A stretch of DNA of 45,370 nt from Bacillota bacterium (GTDB taxonomy: Bacteria; Bacillota; Negativicutes; Sporomusales; Sporomusaceae). The notes beneath the pieces were generated by a model, which was given only the letters and a program-made list of their open reading frames with translations, ran no database searches and was not told where the DNA came from. A program made the translations under genes and the position numbers. The stretch is from contig JAGGAA010000002.1 in the NCBI GenBank assembly GCA_017889675.1, positions 1 to 45,370 of the forward strand, read 5' to 3'. This document shows positions 27,158-36,756 of this stretch, piece after piece (the stretch's first letter is position 1; each line of letters begins with the position of its first letter).

Positions 27158-28178
27158 GGTGTGATATGTCCTCCAATCGGTCCAGTATCACATCCCTATA
27201 TGGATCAATAATATCCTCAGACGATGTAACCGTATTTACCGGCACAAAACAACCCTCGCAAGGTGTATGCTTATAGCGTGTCAAACCCAGATGCTCTTTC
27301 AAAAACTCCAGCCTCTTACGGCTGTTCCACGCCTCTTGTAGTGTAATATCGCGAATATTACCAAGACTCATCGGCGGCGGGAGATTGGTACAAGGATAGA
27401 TTTCGCCGCCCGGCGCTACCAGCATCTTGTAAAACAACAGCGAACAATAATTCACCTCACCGAATGCGTACCCGAATTTATTTGCCGTTGTGTCAGTGTT
27501 GAAGTTTATGTTTTGCCAAAGTGGAACCGCCTTTTCTACAGATACGTTATCGGTAATGCCGTCAAAAAGTGCGTAGAAACTTCGTTCGTTTTCCTGCACA
27601 GAATCTTTCCCCAACGCGGCATCTGCAATCTTAATATGAATCCTCAAATTCTTATTTTTGTTCTCATACATTAGCTTCAAATTGTTGTAAAACTGTTGAA
27701 AATCCATCTTCGCTCCGCAGGTACGTTCATACGCTGCGGCATCCAGTCCCTGAAGCGAAACGACGATGCGCGTAAATCCCGCTTGCGCGATACGGACAGC
27801 GCTTTCTTCGGTCAAGAGCGACGCATTGGTATGCATATCTATTTGCTCGGTAACATCCAGTTTTTTCAGAAATCGCACCATATCCACAATATTAGGATTA
27901 CACAATGGCTCGCCATGTCCTGACAGTGAGATCAGTTTTAGCTTCTGCGGGAACTCTTTGAGTTGTCTTGCGGCACGTTCAAAAACCGCCTGAGACATCA
28001 AGTCGCCCGCTGCAGCAAAGCTCCAGCTTTCGTCCTTTTTCCCCGCCCGAAAACAGTAGCTGCATCTGAAATTACAACTCTCGCTTAGGTCTAAAACAAT
28101 AGAAAATGGTGTGTCCAGAGGTAGTTGTTCACCTAAGACTGTACGATTGGTATTATATGAAGGTTTGATAGATGCCAT
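27150..28178 (-). CDS. radical SAM protein with SPASM/twitch-type C-terminal cysteines
   Basis: CNFRCSYC, GHGEPL, HTNA, YCS...GEIYPC...LGNI...CEGC. Confidence 0.92.
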   Translation of the reverse strand: MASIKPSYNTNRTVLGEQLPLDTPFSIVLDLSESCNFRCSYCFRAGKKDESWSFAAAGDLMSQAVFERAARQLKEFPQKLKLISLSGHGEPLCNPNIVDMVRFLKKLDVTEQIDMHTNASLLTEESAVRIAQAGFTRIVVSLQGLDAAAYERTCGAKMDFQQFYNNLKLMYENKNKNLRIHIKIADAALGKDSVQENERSFYALFDGITDNVSVEKAVPLWQNINFNTDTTANKFGYAFGEVNYCSLLFYKMLVAPGGEIYPCTNLPPPMSLGNIRDITLQEAWNSRKRLEFLKEHLGLTRYKHTPCEGCFVPVNTVTSSEDIIDPYRDVILDRLEDISHHE

Positions 28179-28193
28179 TACGCAATACCTCTT

Positions 28194-29024
28194 TTAACGA
28201 AATTTCCGGAAAAATAAACTAGGATCGCTGAAACAATCCGCATTTGTCCGCATAGATTCATCATCCCAGTTCCACCATTGCACACGCTCCATAATCGCAA
28301 TTTGCTCAGGAGAAAATCTATATTTTTTAACCTTTGCCGGAACTCCTGCAACCACAGCATAAGGTGGGACATCTTTAAGGACGACTGCGCCTGTTCCAAT
28401 AATTGCTCCGTTTCCAATGTTGTTCACTTTAGATGCATTAATAAATACATTTGCTCCGATCCAGACATCATGTCCAATAGTAATCAAGCAGTTTGGTTGC
28501 TCGCTAGAACACGACAGAATATCATGCATCCTCGAACAGGTCGTCAACTTATCCAAAGAATGGTCGTATCCCACTTCCACATTGGCATTTATCGAGCAGA
28601 AACGCCCTATGCTTTTTAAGCAATTGCGTCCAGATGACGGAACCGCCAACCTTGTTATAGCTGAACGCCTGCCAATTTTTACGCCTAACCAATCAATATC
28701 CCTATCAGCTTCTGCTCGCCAGTCAAAACAGTCATTGCTTGTAAATTTATTCCATTTTAACTCTTTACACATGGATTCAATTATTAAAAAGGAATGATGA
28801 AAGAGCGCGACATAATGCTCCTGGGGATTTAAAACACTGCTTGGGTATACCGGTCTGCCACATATTTTTTTATAATGTACATGTTTTCTATCAACAAAAA
28901 AAGAGGTATCAACATTATACGCCAGCAGCATATCCATAAAAATCTGAGCGCATTCGCCACAGCCATAGAGCACGACCTCACGTCCGGCGGCACGGTCGAG
29001 TATTTCTTTCGCAACACGCTCCAC
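28194..29024 (-). CDS. CatB/Vat-type O-acetyltransferase with N-terminal Rossmann-like domain
   Basis: IGRFCSI, IGHDVWIG, DVPPYAVVAGVPAKVKKYRF, WWNW. Confidence 0.88.
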   Translation of the reverse strand: MERVAKEILDRAAGREVVLYGCGECAQIFMDMLLAYNVDTSFFVDRKHVHYKKICGRPVYPSSVLNPQEHYVALFHHSFLIIESMCKELKWNKFTSNDCFDWRAEADRDIDWLGVKIGRRSAITRLAVPSSGRNCLKSIGRFCSINANVEVGYDHSLDKLTTCSRMHDILSCSSEQPNCLITIGHDVWIGANVFINASKVNNIGNGAIIGTGAVVLKDVPPYAVVAGVPAKVKKYRFSPEQIAIMERVQWWNWDDESMRTNADCFSDPSLFFRKFR

Positions 29025-29042
29025 AGAAACTCCTCCGTTCTA

Positions 29043-30134
29043 TCACACCGCGTACATTACAGTGTCCAATAACGTATCACTGTAATGACGCAACGCGAAT
29101 TTATATCCTACACCGTAACCTGCCAACAATTTGGGCAGTTCATAGATGTCTTCCGGTTTGTGATAAGCGCAAATTGCCAGTTTAGGCTTAACGCTCTTGA
29201 TGATATTTTTCGCACCTAGTAATGCTTCTTTTTCCGCGCCTTCAATATCCAGCTTTATCAATGTCGGTTTATTGAACAAATCAGCAAAAAAGGTATCCAG
29301 ACTTGTTACCTGCACCGTTCCATCACCTGATTCGGAAAGTTTTGAGCTTGCAGACAGGTTCGTATTAAAGCGAAGTTCTGTTTCACTGCTCCACAGTCCC
29401 TTTTGCAGCAATGTTACCCGCTCAATTCCTTTGAGATTTTTGGCGGCTTGCCTGTAGTTTGTAGCGTCAATTTCAAAGCCGTAATATTGCCTGAATTGGC
29501 CTGCCACGCGCCGAATAAATTTCACCGCCGTATCACCATTGAACATGCCCCCGTCAACAAACACTTCCTCTCGACCCAAAGTCATCACCCCATTGTCAAA
29601 GTATTCTACATTTGTGGATGACTTAATCGGTGTGGAAAGCAAATAGCCTTCAACCCTATTAAGTATGATAGCTTTGGAAGTGTCATCAGTAAAAAAGTTA
29701 TATGCCCATTCATATCCATCAACATGCGGTAAGAAGTCTTCGACCATCATCCCGTGTATGGGGAGGTTTTCCATGAAGAAAATGCGTTCTTCTGGTATAC
29801 CCAACACCAATAAACCCTGCCGAATATCATCAGCATGAGTTATTGAGCATATAAGGGTATTTGCGTCTTTATAATTAAGCAACAACTCCTGGGGCGAAAC
29901 AATGGTTAGGGCTGTATCCGCATGTATCCCGCTTCTGCTACGATCACAAAAGCAGTCCGCGCTGATTCCATTCCGCGAAAGCCATGTGGCAGTACGTGAA
30001 CCTAAATCACCTGCTCCATATAGGACAAGGGGCCTGCCATAAAATGTGTCTTGTAGTTTCTTAATACCAGTTTGGAACTCCGCACTTTCACATTGCGCCC
30101 ATATCTGAGAAAGTGCTTCACGAAATTTGCTCAT
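29043..30134 (-). CDS. FkbM family methyltransferase with N-terminal Rossmann-like domain
   Basis: FVDGGMFNGDT, IKLDIEGAE, PKLAICAYH, LRHYS; ATG 30134 overlaps the TGA of the upstream remnant (ATGA). Confidence 0.9.
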   Translation of the reverse strand: MSKFREALSQIWAQCESAEFQTGIKKLQDTFYGRPLVLYGAGDLGSRTATWLSRNGISADCFCDRSRSGIHADTALTIVSPQELLLNYKDANTLICSITHADDIRQGLLVLGIPEERIFFMENLPIHGMMVEDFLPHVDGYEWAYNFFTDDTSKAIILNRVEGYLLSTPIKSSTNVEYFDNGVMTLGREEVFVDGGMFNGDTAVKFIRRVAGQFRQYYGFEIDATNYRQAAKNLKGIERVTLLQKGLWSSETELRFNTNLSASSKLSESGDGTVQVTSLDTFFADLFNKPTLIKLDIEGAEKEALLGAKNIIKSVKPKLAICAYHKPEDIYELPKLLAGYGVGYKFALRHYSDTLLDTVMYAV

Positions 30135-30260
30135 ATGTATCTTTCCATCCATTCTCTTTCAAAGTCGAGTATGAATCCACCATTAAAAAACTCTTCGCGG
30201 CACATTCGCAACTTGCAGAGCATAGCTTCAAGTTGCTTCGGTACAAGCCGCAAAGGACAG
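30131..30260 (-). pseudogene. C-terminal remnant of a homologue of the 30305-31240 GT2
   Basis: VPKQLEAMLCKLRMCREEFFNGGFILDFEREWMERYI* aligns with CSKQLEIIKKELSDHFEEFYNSSYIEDFEKNFMNLYL. Confidence 0.75.
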
Positions 30261-30304
30261 ACTAACTAAAAAATTACAAATACCGAGTGTTTCTGATATG
30301 TCAT

Positions 30305-31240
30305 TTATGGCTTTAAATACAAGTTCATGAAATTCTTTTCAAAATCTTCAATATATGAGCTATTATAAAATTCCTCAAAATGATCCGAAAGCTCTTTTTT
30401 AATAATTTCAAGTTGCTTAGAACAGTCTACCAACTTATTTCTTGAAATTTTATTACACATAGAAATCATATAAGACCATTCGCTATATTGTGCATAATCT
30501 GCAATATCGGGTAGAAGTTCGGAAAGATATTTTGTCCTTTCACGAAAAGCAGCAAAGTATTCATCAAGTTGATCAGAATTTAATAATTGGTCATTCGTTG
30601 TAAATGCTGAATTGTTTTTTGGGTGTCTATAAAAACAATATTTGGGTAAACCATGTGCAACTACCTTATTGGCGTTGGCAAAAAAACGATAACCAACCGT
30701 AATATCATCATACTTGCCAGTTTCAAAAAATCGAACCTTATTAAATAGTTCTCGCCGTATTAGCTTTGTGGGCATCGCAACATTATATTTTTTGCGTTTC
30801 AACATTTCAACAACAGCTTCAGCGGCAGTCATGACTAAACAATCGCTAAAAACATAGTTAGAAAAAATTTCTCCGTTTATCTTTTTAGTCGAACCACATA
30901 TTGAAATATCCGCATTATGATCAATCACAAGTTTATAGAGGAATTCGAGCATATCCGGTTCTGCCATATCGTCATCATCAATGAATGTGATGTAATCGCC
31001 CTTTGCAAGATCTAACCCTCTATTTCTACCTGTTCCAATATTGCTTTTTTCAATATGGATAACCTTAATTCTACTATCCTGATTTGCAAACTTTTCCGCT
31101 ATACTGCCACTGTTGTCCGTTGACCCATTATCCACAATGATAAACTCAAAAAAAGGGAAGTTCTGTGCAAGAATAGATTGAATAGTTGATGTAACAAAAT
31201 TTTCACGATTATAGGTAAGCATAATTACACTGATATTCAT
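30305..31240 (-). CDS. glycosyltransferase family 2
   Basis: ISVIMLTYNR, VDNGSTD, GRNRGL, FIDDDD. Confidence 0.92.
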   Translation of the reverse strand: MNISVIMLTYNRENFVTSTIQSILAQNFPFFEFIIVDNGSTDNSGSIAEKFANQDSRIKVIHIEKSNIGTGRNRGLDLAKGDYITFIDDDDMAEPDMLEFLYKLVIDHNADISICGSTKKINGEIFSNYVFSDCLVMTAAEAVVEMLKRKKYNVAMPTKLIRRELFNKVRFFETGKYDDITVGYRFFANANKVVAHGLPKYCFYRHPKNNSAFTTNDQLLNSDQLDEYFAAFRERTKYLSELLPDIADYAQYSEWSYMISMCNKISRNKLVDCSKQLEIIKKELSDHFEEFYNSSYIEDFEKNFMNLYLKP

Positions 31241-31252
31241 AACATAATCCAC

Positions 31253-32029
31253 CTATTTCCATACCTTCCATGGTGCTGTGCCAGAATTCCATAATTTTTC
31301 CAAATTGCTTTTTTCACGCATAGTATCCATAGGCTGCCAGAAACCAGCATGGCGATATGCCACTAGTTGTCCATCTTGCACCATATGTTCCAAAGGTTCT
31401 TTTTCCAGAACTGTATTATCCCCTGTAAGATAGTTGAAAAACTCTGGTTGGCAAACAAAAAAGCCACCATTAATCCACCCGCCATCACCTTCCGGTTTTT
31501 CTTGAAAGGCTTGTACATTACTATTTTCTGCTAAAGCCAGTGCACCAAATCTGCCTAATGGCTGTACTGCCGTGATCGTAGTTGTCTTACCGTGATCTTT
31601 ATGAAACTTTACCAACTCAGGAATATCTACATCACTTATACCATCACCATAGGTAAGCATAAACGGCTCCTTACCCACATACGGTTGTATCCGCTTTACA
31701 CGCCCACCAGTCATAGTGTCTCTTCCTGTATCAACCAAAGTGACCTTCCATGGCTCTGCATGGTGATCATGAATAATCTGTTGGTTAGCCATGCGAAAAT
31801 CAAAAGTAATGGTGGATTCCTGCAGGAAGTAATGGGCAAAATATTCTTTGATATAATACCCTTTATACCCTAGGCAAATAATAAAATCATTAAAACCATA
31901 ATGTGAATAAATCTTCATAATATGCCATAAAATTGGCCGCTCGCCGATTTCGATCATTGGTTTGGGCTTTAAATGAGACTCTTCACTTATTCGGGTGCCG
32001 AAACCACCAGCCAATATGACTACCTTCAT
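31253..32029 (-). CDS. rfbF: glucose-1-phosphate cytidylyltransferase
   Basis: ILAGGFGTRISEES..KPKPMIEIG, TMTGGR, TYGDG, WINGGFFV, GFWQPMDT, APWKVW. Confidence 0.95.
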   Translation of the reverse strand: MKVVILAGGFGTRISEESHLKPKPMIEIGERPILWHIMKIYSHYGFNDFIICLGYKGYYIKEYFAHYFLQESTITFDFRMANQQIIHDHHAEPWKVTLVDTGRDTMTGGRVKRIQPYVGKEPFMLTYGDGISDVDIPELVKFHKDHGKTTTITAVQPLGRFGALALAENSNVQAFQEKPEGDGGWINGGFFVCQPEFFNYLTGDNTVLEKEPLEHMVQDGQLVAYRHAGFWQPMDTMREKSNLEKLWNSGTAPWKVWK

Positions 32030-32115
32030 ATCCTCATTCCTTTCAGTCCAATAATGTCACCAATTGATAAGTTAATGCCTGAAAACTAAAATGTTCAACT
32101 AGTTCATGTCCAATT

Positions 32116-34491
32116 TTATTGGAGCATATCTGGATTACACTTATTCATGCAATCACGAATTTTAATGAACTCTTCTGGTATAGTAATCTCTTCCTGATCG
32201 CTGCTTTTTAATACATCTCCGGCAAAATCCAATGCAGTTTTTCCTTGTAGATATTTAATAATTTGTTCAGCAAATTGTTCCCCAAATTTGTATGAATTCT
32301 GCAATAGCTTTCCTCTATTGCTTATAGCTGCTATTACTTGATCCTGCGTAAACAATTCATTCTTTATACAGTAATAAGCAGCTACCAGTAATGATAATAA
32401 CTGCATAGATAACTTTTCGCCATTAATATTGCCACTCAAGCTAGCAGGGTTAATACGCCTAATGTAGACGTAGTTTTCTGAAACAAAAACTTTTTTATTT
32501 AAGTTATTACCGAATAATCGACTTAAGCTAACAAAATCTTCGCTTACTCTAAAGATATTCTCGGCACTCATCTCATGCATAGATTTAGTATTATATACGG
32601 CACCAGCATTAAAAGCTGCCATTTCTCCAGTCAAAAAAAATTGCTTAAGTACATCTCCACAAAACGCATTATTAAGACCAATTCTGTCATAGCCAATAGA
32701 TAAAGTGTTCTTTTGATCCAAATTTAAAATATAGCGAGGAACGATTATAGCAATGTCGGATTTGCTAATCATCTTCATATCATTAGTAAAGCCGCCATCA
32801 TTTAAACAAAGAAGAATATCATCGTCATCTAACGATAATACATTAGCTGTATCAATATTCATAAACCCTGTTTTCCTGGCAGCTGCTGGGCCTTGATTTA
32901 CAGTATGCCGTATTACCTTTTGAACACCAAATCTTTTCTCAACTTTTTTAACAGCTTTTCTATGTTTTGCATTAGAACAATCATCTACAATGACCTTCGG
33001 AACTAACCCGAGTTTAAAGCCTCTCTCTAAATCACCAATTAAAATATCAGAACGATTGTAAGTTGTCATAAGTATTGTAATATCTTCAAGGTTCTTGATC
33101 GTCTGTTTTTGTTTTAGATTATCTTGCACGCTCTCCAAAATAGAAGGCTTTTTTTCAATCTGTTTGCTTGTTAACAGGTTTTTGATAGACACAATTTGTT
33201 TACTAAGTGAGTAGTTATCCTCTATATACCGTCTATACTCTTGAGAGTTATAATTATCAGAAATAATACTATTTACCGCTTCAGAAATAGTATTAAATAA
33301 ATACTTCTTATCCCATACTTCATCAGCACAAATAAAATTGTGAATTATCGGCTTGATCCCCTGCGCCATAGCTTCGGCTATACCATAACCAAAACTTTCA
33401 TGAATACTGGTAGATAAAAGATAGTTTTTATCCTTTAGCCATTCACTTATGTTACTCTGCCAGCCTTGAAAGATAACATGGTCTTGTAGTCCCATCTGCT
33501 GCACTTGGTAATTCCAGTACAATTCTACCAAAGGTTCTTGGAACTGACCCGCAAGATACAATTTATACCGCTTATCAAGTTTAATTAGCTCATAAATTAT
33601 TTGTAATAGCAACACAGGATTCTTCCGTGAATGGATATAACCAATATAAGCAATATTAAACCCGGGATTCCGTTCGATCAACTGGTATTTATCCAGATGT
33701 ACGCCATTTTCAATTGTTATTATGTTGACTCGTTGACGAAGATTTGATATCTGTTGTAGTAAGAAACGCTCAAGATGGGATGTGACTATTATGAGAGAAT
33801 CAATGTTTTCCCAGTAAACTTTTGTCGGATGATCTGTAAATACTTCATATCGATGCAACCGGCAGAATATCTTTTTTTCTTTTGCCAGTGGCAGCCTGCT
33901 GCCATATCCCACCAACTCGTCACACCACTCAAACCAGCAGATATCAGCCCATTTCATTTCTGGTTCAATTTGTTTTAGATCTGTCACAATCACTTTTTTA
34001 GTTTCGTATTCCGACGACATGGCATTTATAATATCTCCGAGAAAGCTATCCAGATCTTTCTTAACAAAAAACACTAGTTTCTTCTTTTCTTCAGCGGGTT
34101 GATCTGCTGTAAAGTACGAACTAAGTTCATCAAACGTTTGTCGTGCAATATCTGTCTGCTCTTTACTATATTGACCTTTACTTAGCTGATAATATAAATT
34201 CGCGGCAATCACATAATCTTTTTTAAGTTGATATACATATGCCAAATTATACTGTAAATCAAAATCGTCTTTATTAATTGATAACCCTTGGCGAAACAGC
34301 TTTTCCGCATCACCTAATTGATTTTCCTTAATGGCAATAATTCCTTGCATTGAAAAAGCTTCCCTATCATCTTTTACCATATTCATATACTCACTAAGCA
34401 GCATTTTTGCTTCATGCAATTTATCACTGTTAATCAAGGTAGCTATATTATCTTTCACTTGACGTTGCATTGCTTCCAAATTTTCAGCCAT
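32116..34491 (-). CDS. multidomain glycosyltransferase (TPR + GT4 + GT2)
   Basis: TPR N-terminus; GT-B motif STSIHESFGYGIAEAMAQG; GT-A motifs TTYNR, IVDDCS, LDDDD. Confidence 0.88.
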   Translation of the reverse strand: MAENLEAMQRQVKDNIATLINSDKLHEAKMLLSEYMNMVKDDREAFSMQGIIAIKENQLGDAEKLFRQGLSINKDDFDLQYNLAYVYQLKKDYVIAANLYYQLSKGQYSKEQTDIARQTFDELSSYFTADQPAEEKKKLVFFVKKDLDSFLGDIINAMSSEYETKKVIVTDLKQIEPEMKWADICWFEWCDELVGYGSRLPLAKEKKIFCRLHRYEVFTDHPTKVYWENIDSLIIVTSHLERFLLQQISNLRQRVNIITIENGVHLDKYQLIERNPGFNIAYIGYIHSRKNPVLLLQIIYELIKLDKRYKLYLAGQFQEPLVELYWNYQVQQMGLQDHVIFQGWQSNISEWLKDKNYLLSTSIHESFGYGIAEAMAQGIKPIIHNFICADEVWDKKYLFNTISEAVNSIISDNYNSQEYRRYIEDNYSLSKQIVSIKNLLTSKQIEKKPSILESVQDNLKQKQTIKNLEDITILMTTYNRSDILIGDLERGFKLGLVPKVIVDDCSNAKHRKAVKKVEKRFGVQKVIRHTVNQGPAAARKTGFMNIDTANVLSLDDDDILLCLNDGGFTNDMKMISKSDIAIIVPRYILNLDQKNTLSIGYDRIGLNNAFCGDVLKQFFLTGEMAAFNAGAVYNTKSMHEMSAENIFRVSEDFVSLSRLFGNNLNKKVFVSENYVYIRRINPASLSGNINGEKLSMQLLSLLVAAYYCIKNELFTQDQVIAAISNRGKLLQNSYKFGEQFAEQIIKYLQGKTALDFAGDVLKSSDQEEITIPEEFIKIRDCMNKCNPDMLQ

Positions 34492-34511
34492 TATCACACT
34501 ATCCTAACCTC

Positions 34512-36590
34512 TTAATTTAATAGGGAACTGGTCTCAGTAAGATTCAACAATAGTTTTGACTCCAACAATATGATTTCAATATCATTAGGTACAATACTTT
34601 TATATTCTGCAATAACAGTCTTAGCCTGATTCAGTTCATTATTCTCTATCAAACTTTTTATCGAATCTTTTACCATAATTTTGTACTCTTCAAATTCGTT
34701 CTTTTTATCAGTGCTTTTTGCTTGCAATTCATTTAGTAGACTTTCAATACTTTTTTTCATTATTGGTAGAGCTTCCAATGCCTGCCGCAAGCAAATAATA
34801 TACTCTGGTTGATTGTCCGCTTTATTGAGCTGCGCTTGAACCATATAAAGTAAAAATACTTCTTCATCATTTTTAACTTCATATACCATACAATTCTTGA
34901 TTATGTCAGGATTATAAATAAGTTGAAGATATGAAATACCATCATGTATATAGCGTGCAAAAACTTTCTTATACTCGTTAGTATTTACCTTGTCCAAAAT
35001 CAAGATATAGCGGCACAGCATCTTACTAATTTTGTATCCATTAATAGTGTTCGTACACTGATATTGTTGTAAGTACTCATATAATATCATACTCAAGTCA
35101 TCATGTCGTTTGGCATTATTATCAAATAAGCTGCTAAACCAAATCTCTTTAAAACTGCTAAGTAATTTTTCTAAAGGATAGCGGTTTTTTACGAGATAAT
35201 AAATGATATCGCTACAAAATAGAGGTAATGAAGAAAAATCAATTCGCTGAAGTTTTGCCAACGTATCCTCAGAATAACTTTCATCATTATCCTCAACAAT
35301 CATCTGGCTCAGAATTCCATAATTGTCTTCCACATCACAAAAGGCCTTAGCCACCTCCACTCTCGCGGCATTGCTCAAAGCAGCTGTAATTTCTCCCATT
35401 TTTTCATAAAACACATTTTTCATACAATCTTCTACTACGTTATCATAGTAAACTCTCAACTCATTGTATCTATTTAATTCGATATATGAGAAAATAGTAT
35501 TCTTCATAACACTAAGTATATCTTCCTTTTTACTTAGCTTATTCGTATATTCCAAAGCTTTTTCATAGCTTGCCGTTTTAGTATACAGATTGGCTAAGTT
35601 AAAAAACGCCATCTCTTGATTACCCAGTGTATAGTCAATAACTGCCGTATCCTTTTTAACAGTATCTTTCCTTGCACCTACTAAGATTAAATAGTTAAGA
35701 TAGCTTTCGATAGCCTCCTGATATTTACCAAGAATCACCCGAGCTTCTGCTAAATAATAATGTATATCAATATAGGCATCACTGAGTTCAAAGGCTTCCA
35801 AACATATTTCTTCTACTTTTATATAATTGCGGGTAATTTTATACATCTGCGCCATGTGGGTATAAACAAACATACAACTCTTTGGCCTATTATGTTTAAT
35901 AAATATTTCATATCCCTTTTCAATGATTTCAAGAGCTTCTTTAAAATCATCATGCATGGCATAGGTGACTGACAATTGATACCAATAATAAATATTTTCC
36001 GGTTCTTTTTCAAGCGCTTTTTTTAAGAGAACACTAGTGCGGGCGAACTTCTTTTCCATAAGTTCTTTATCTGTTGACATGTAGCCATAATGCAATAGGG
36101 ATGCAGATAATTCAATTAGCATTCCTTTAAACATGGGCTGGTTATGAACTGAACCTTCATAGCGAAACTTCTTGGTCCTTCTAAACAAACGCGGGGTGAT
36201 AAGAACGGAAAATTTATTAGGATTATTTCCATCAGTAAAACTTTTACCTGTAATGGCGGCTGCGCCAATCTTTTTATCAACGTCTGAGCACAGGAAATCA
36301 ATTAGCTGCTGCGTTTCTTGCATAACCTCATCACCATCAATAATGAAAACCCATTCGCCTGTGGCATAACTTATTGTTATATTACGCATCTCCGAAAAGT
36401 CATGATTCCATTCATGAAAGTACACTTTATCTGTATAGCGTTTAGCAATTTCAACAGTATTATCTTCTGACCCGGTATCCACAATAAGTAGTTCTGAAAG
36501 TACAGCATCGCGGATGGGCTGGAGACTCTGCAAACATTGTTCCAGATACTTTGATTCATTTTTTACCATCATACATATACTCAGTTTCAT
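34512..36590 (-). CDS. GT2-TPR glycosyltransferase, probable initiating flagellin O-glycosyltransferase
   Basis: LSICMMVKNE, VDTGSED, DFSEMRN, IDGDE, HYGY, then TPRs; first gene after flagellin. Confidence 0.9.
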   Translation of the reverse strand: MKLSICMMVKNESKYLEQCLQSLQPIRDAVLSELLIVDTGSEDNTVEIAKRYTDKVYFHEWNHDFSEMRNITISYATGEWVFIIDGDEVMQETQQLIDFLCSDVDKKIGAAAITGKSFTDGNNPNKFSVLITPRLFRRTKKFRYEGSVHNQPMFKGMLIELSASLLHYGYMSTDKELMEKKFARTSVLLKKALEKEPENIYYWYQLSVTYAMHDDFKEALEIIEKGYEIFIKHNRPKSCMFVYTHMAQMYKITRNYIKVEEICLEAFELSDAYIDIHYYLAEARVILGKYQEAIESYLNYLILVGARKDTVKKDTAVIDYTLGNQEMAFFNLANLYTKTASYEKALEYTNKLSKKEDILSVMKNTIFSYIELNRYNELRVYYDNVVEDCMKNVFYEKMGEITAALSNAARVEVAKAFCDVEDNYGILSQMIVEDNDESYSEDTLAKLQRIDFSSLPLFCSDIIYYLVKNRYPLEKLLSSFKEIWFSSLFDNNAKRHDDLSMILYEYLQQYQCTNTINGYKISKMLCRYILILDKVNTNEYKKVFARYIHDGISYLQLIYNPDIIKNCMVYEVKNDEEVFLLYMVQAQLNKADNQPEYIICLRQALEALPIMKKSIESLLNELQAKSTDKKNEFEEYKIMVKDSIKSLIENNELNQAKTVIAEYKSIVPNDIEIILLESKLLLNLTETSSLLN

Positions 36591-36711
36591 AGTATAAATA
36601 GCCTCCTGCTTAATAAAAAATATAGATTATATGCAAACTTTTTAACTCTAAAAGTTAATTAAAAAATTTCTATATAATCTATATTTATATCTAACATTCT
36701 TCAATTTAATT

Positions 36712-36748
36712 TTAAAAGAGACTCTGGGGTAACCAGAGTCTCTTTTAA
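36712..36748 (-). terminator. flagellin terminator
   Basis: TTAAAAGAGACTCTGG-GGTAA-CCAGAGTCTCTTTTAA. Confidence 0.85.
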
Positions 36749-36756
36749 TTTGTTTA

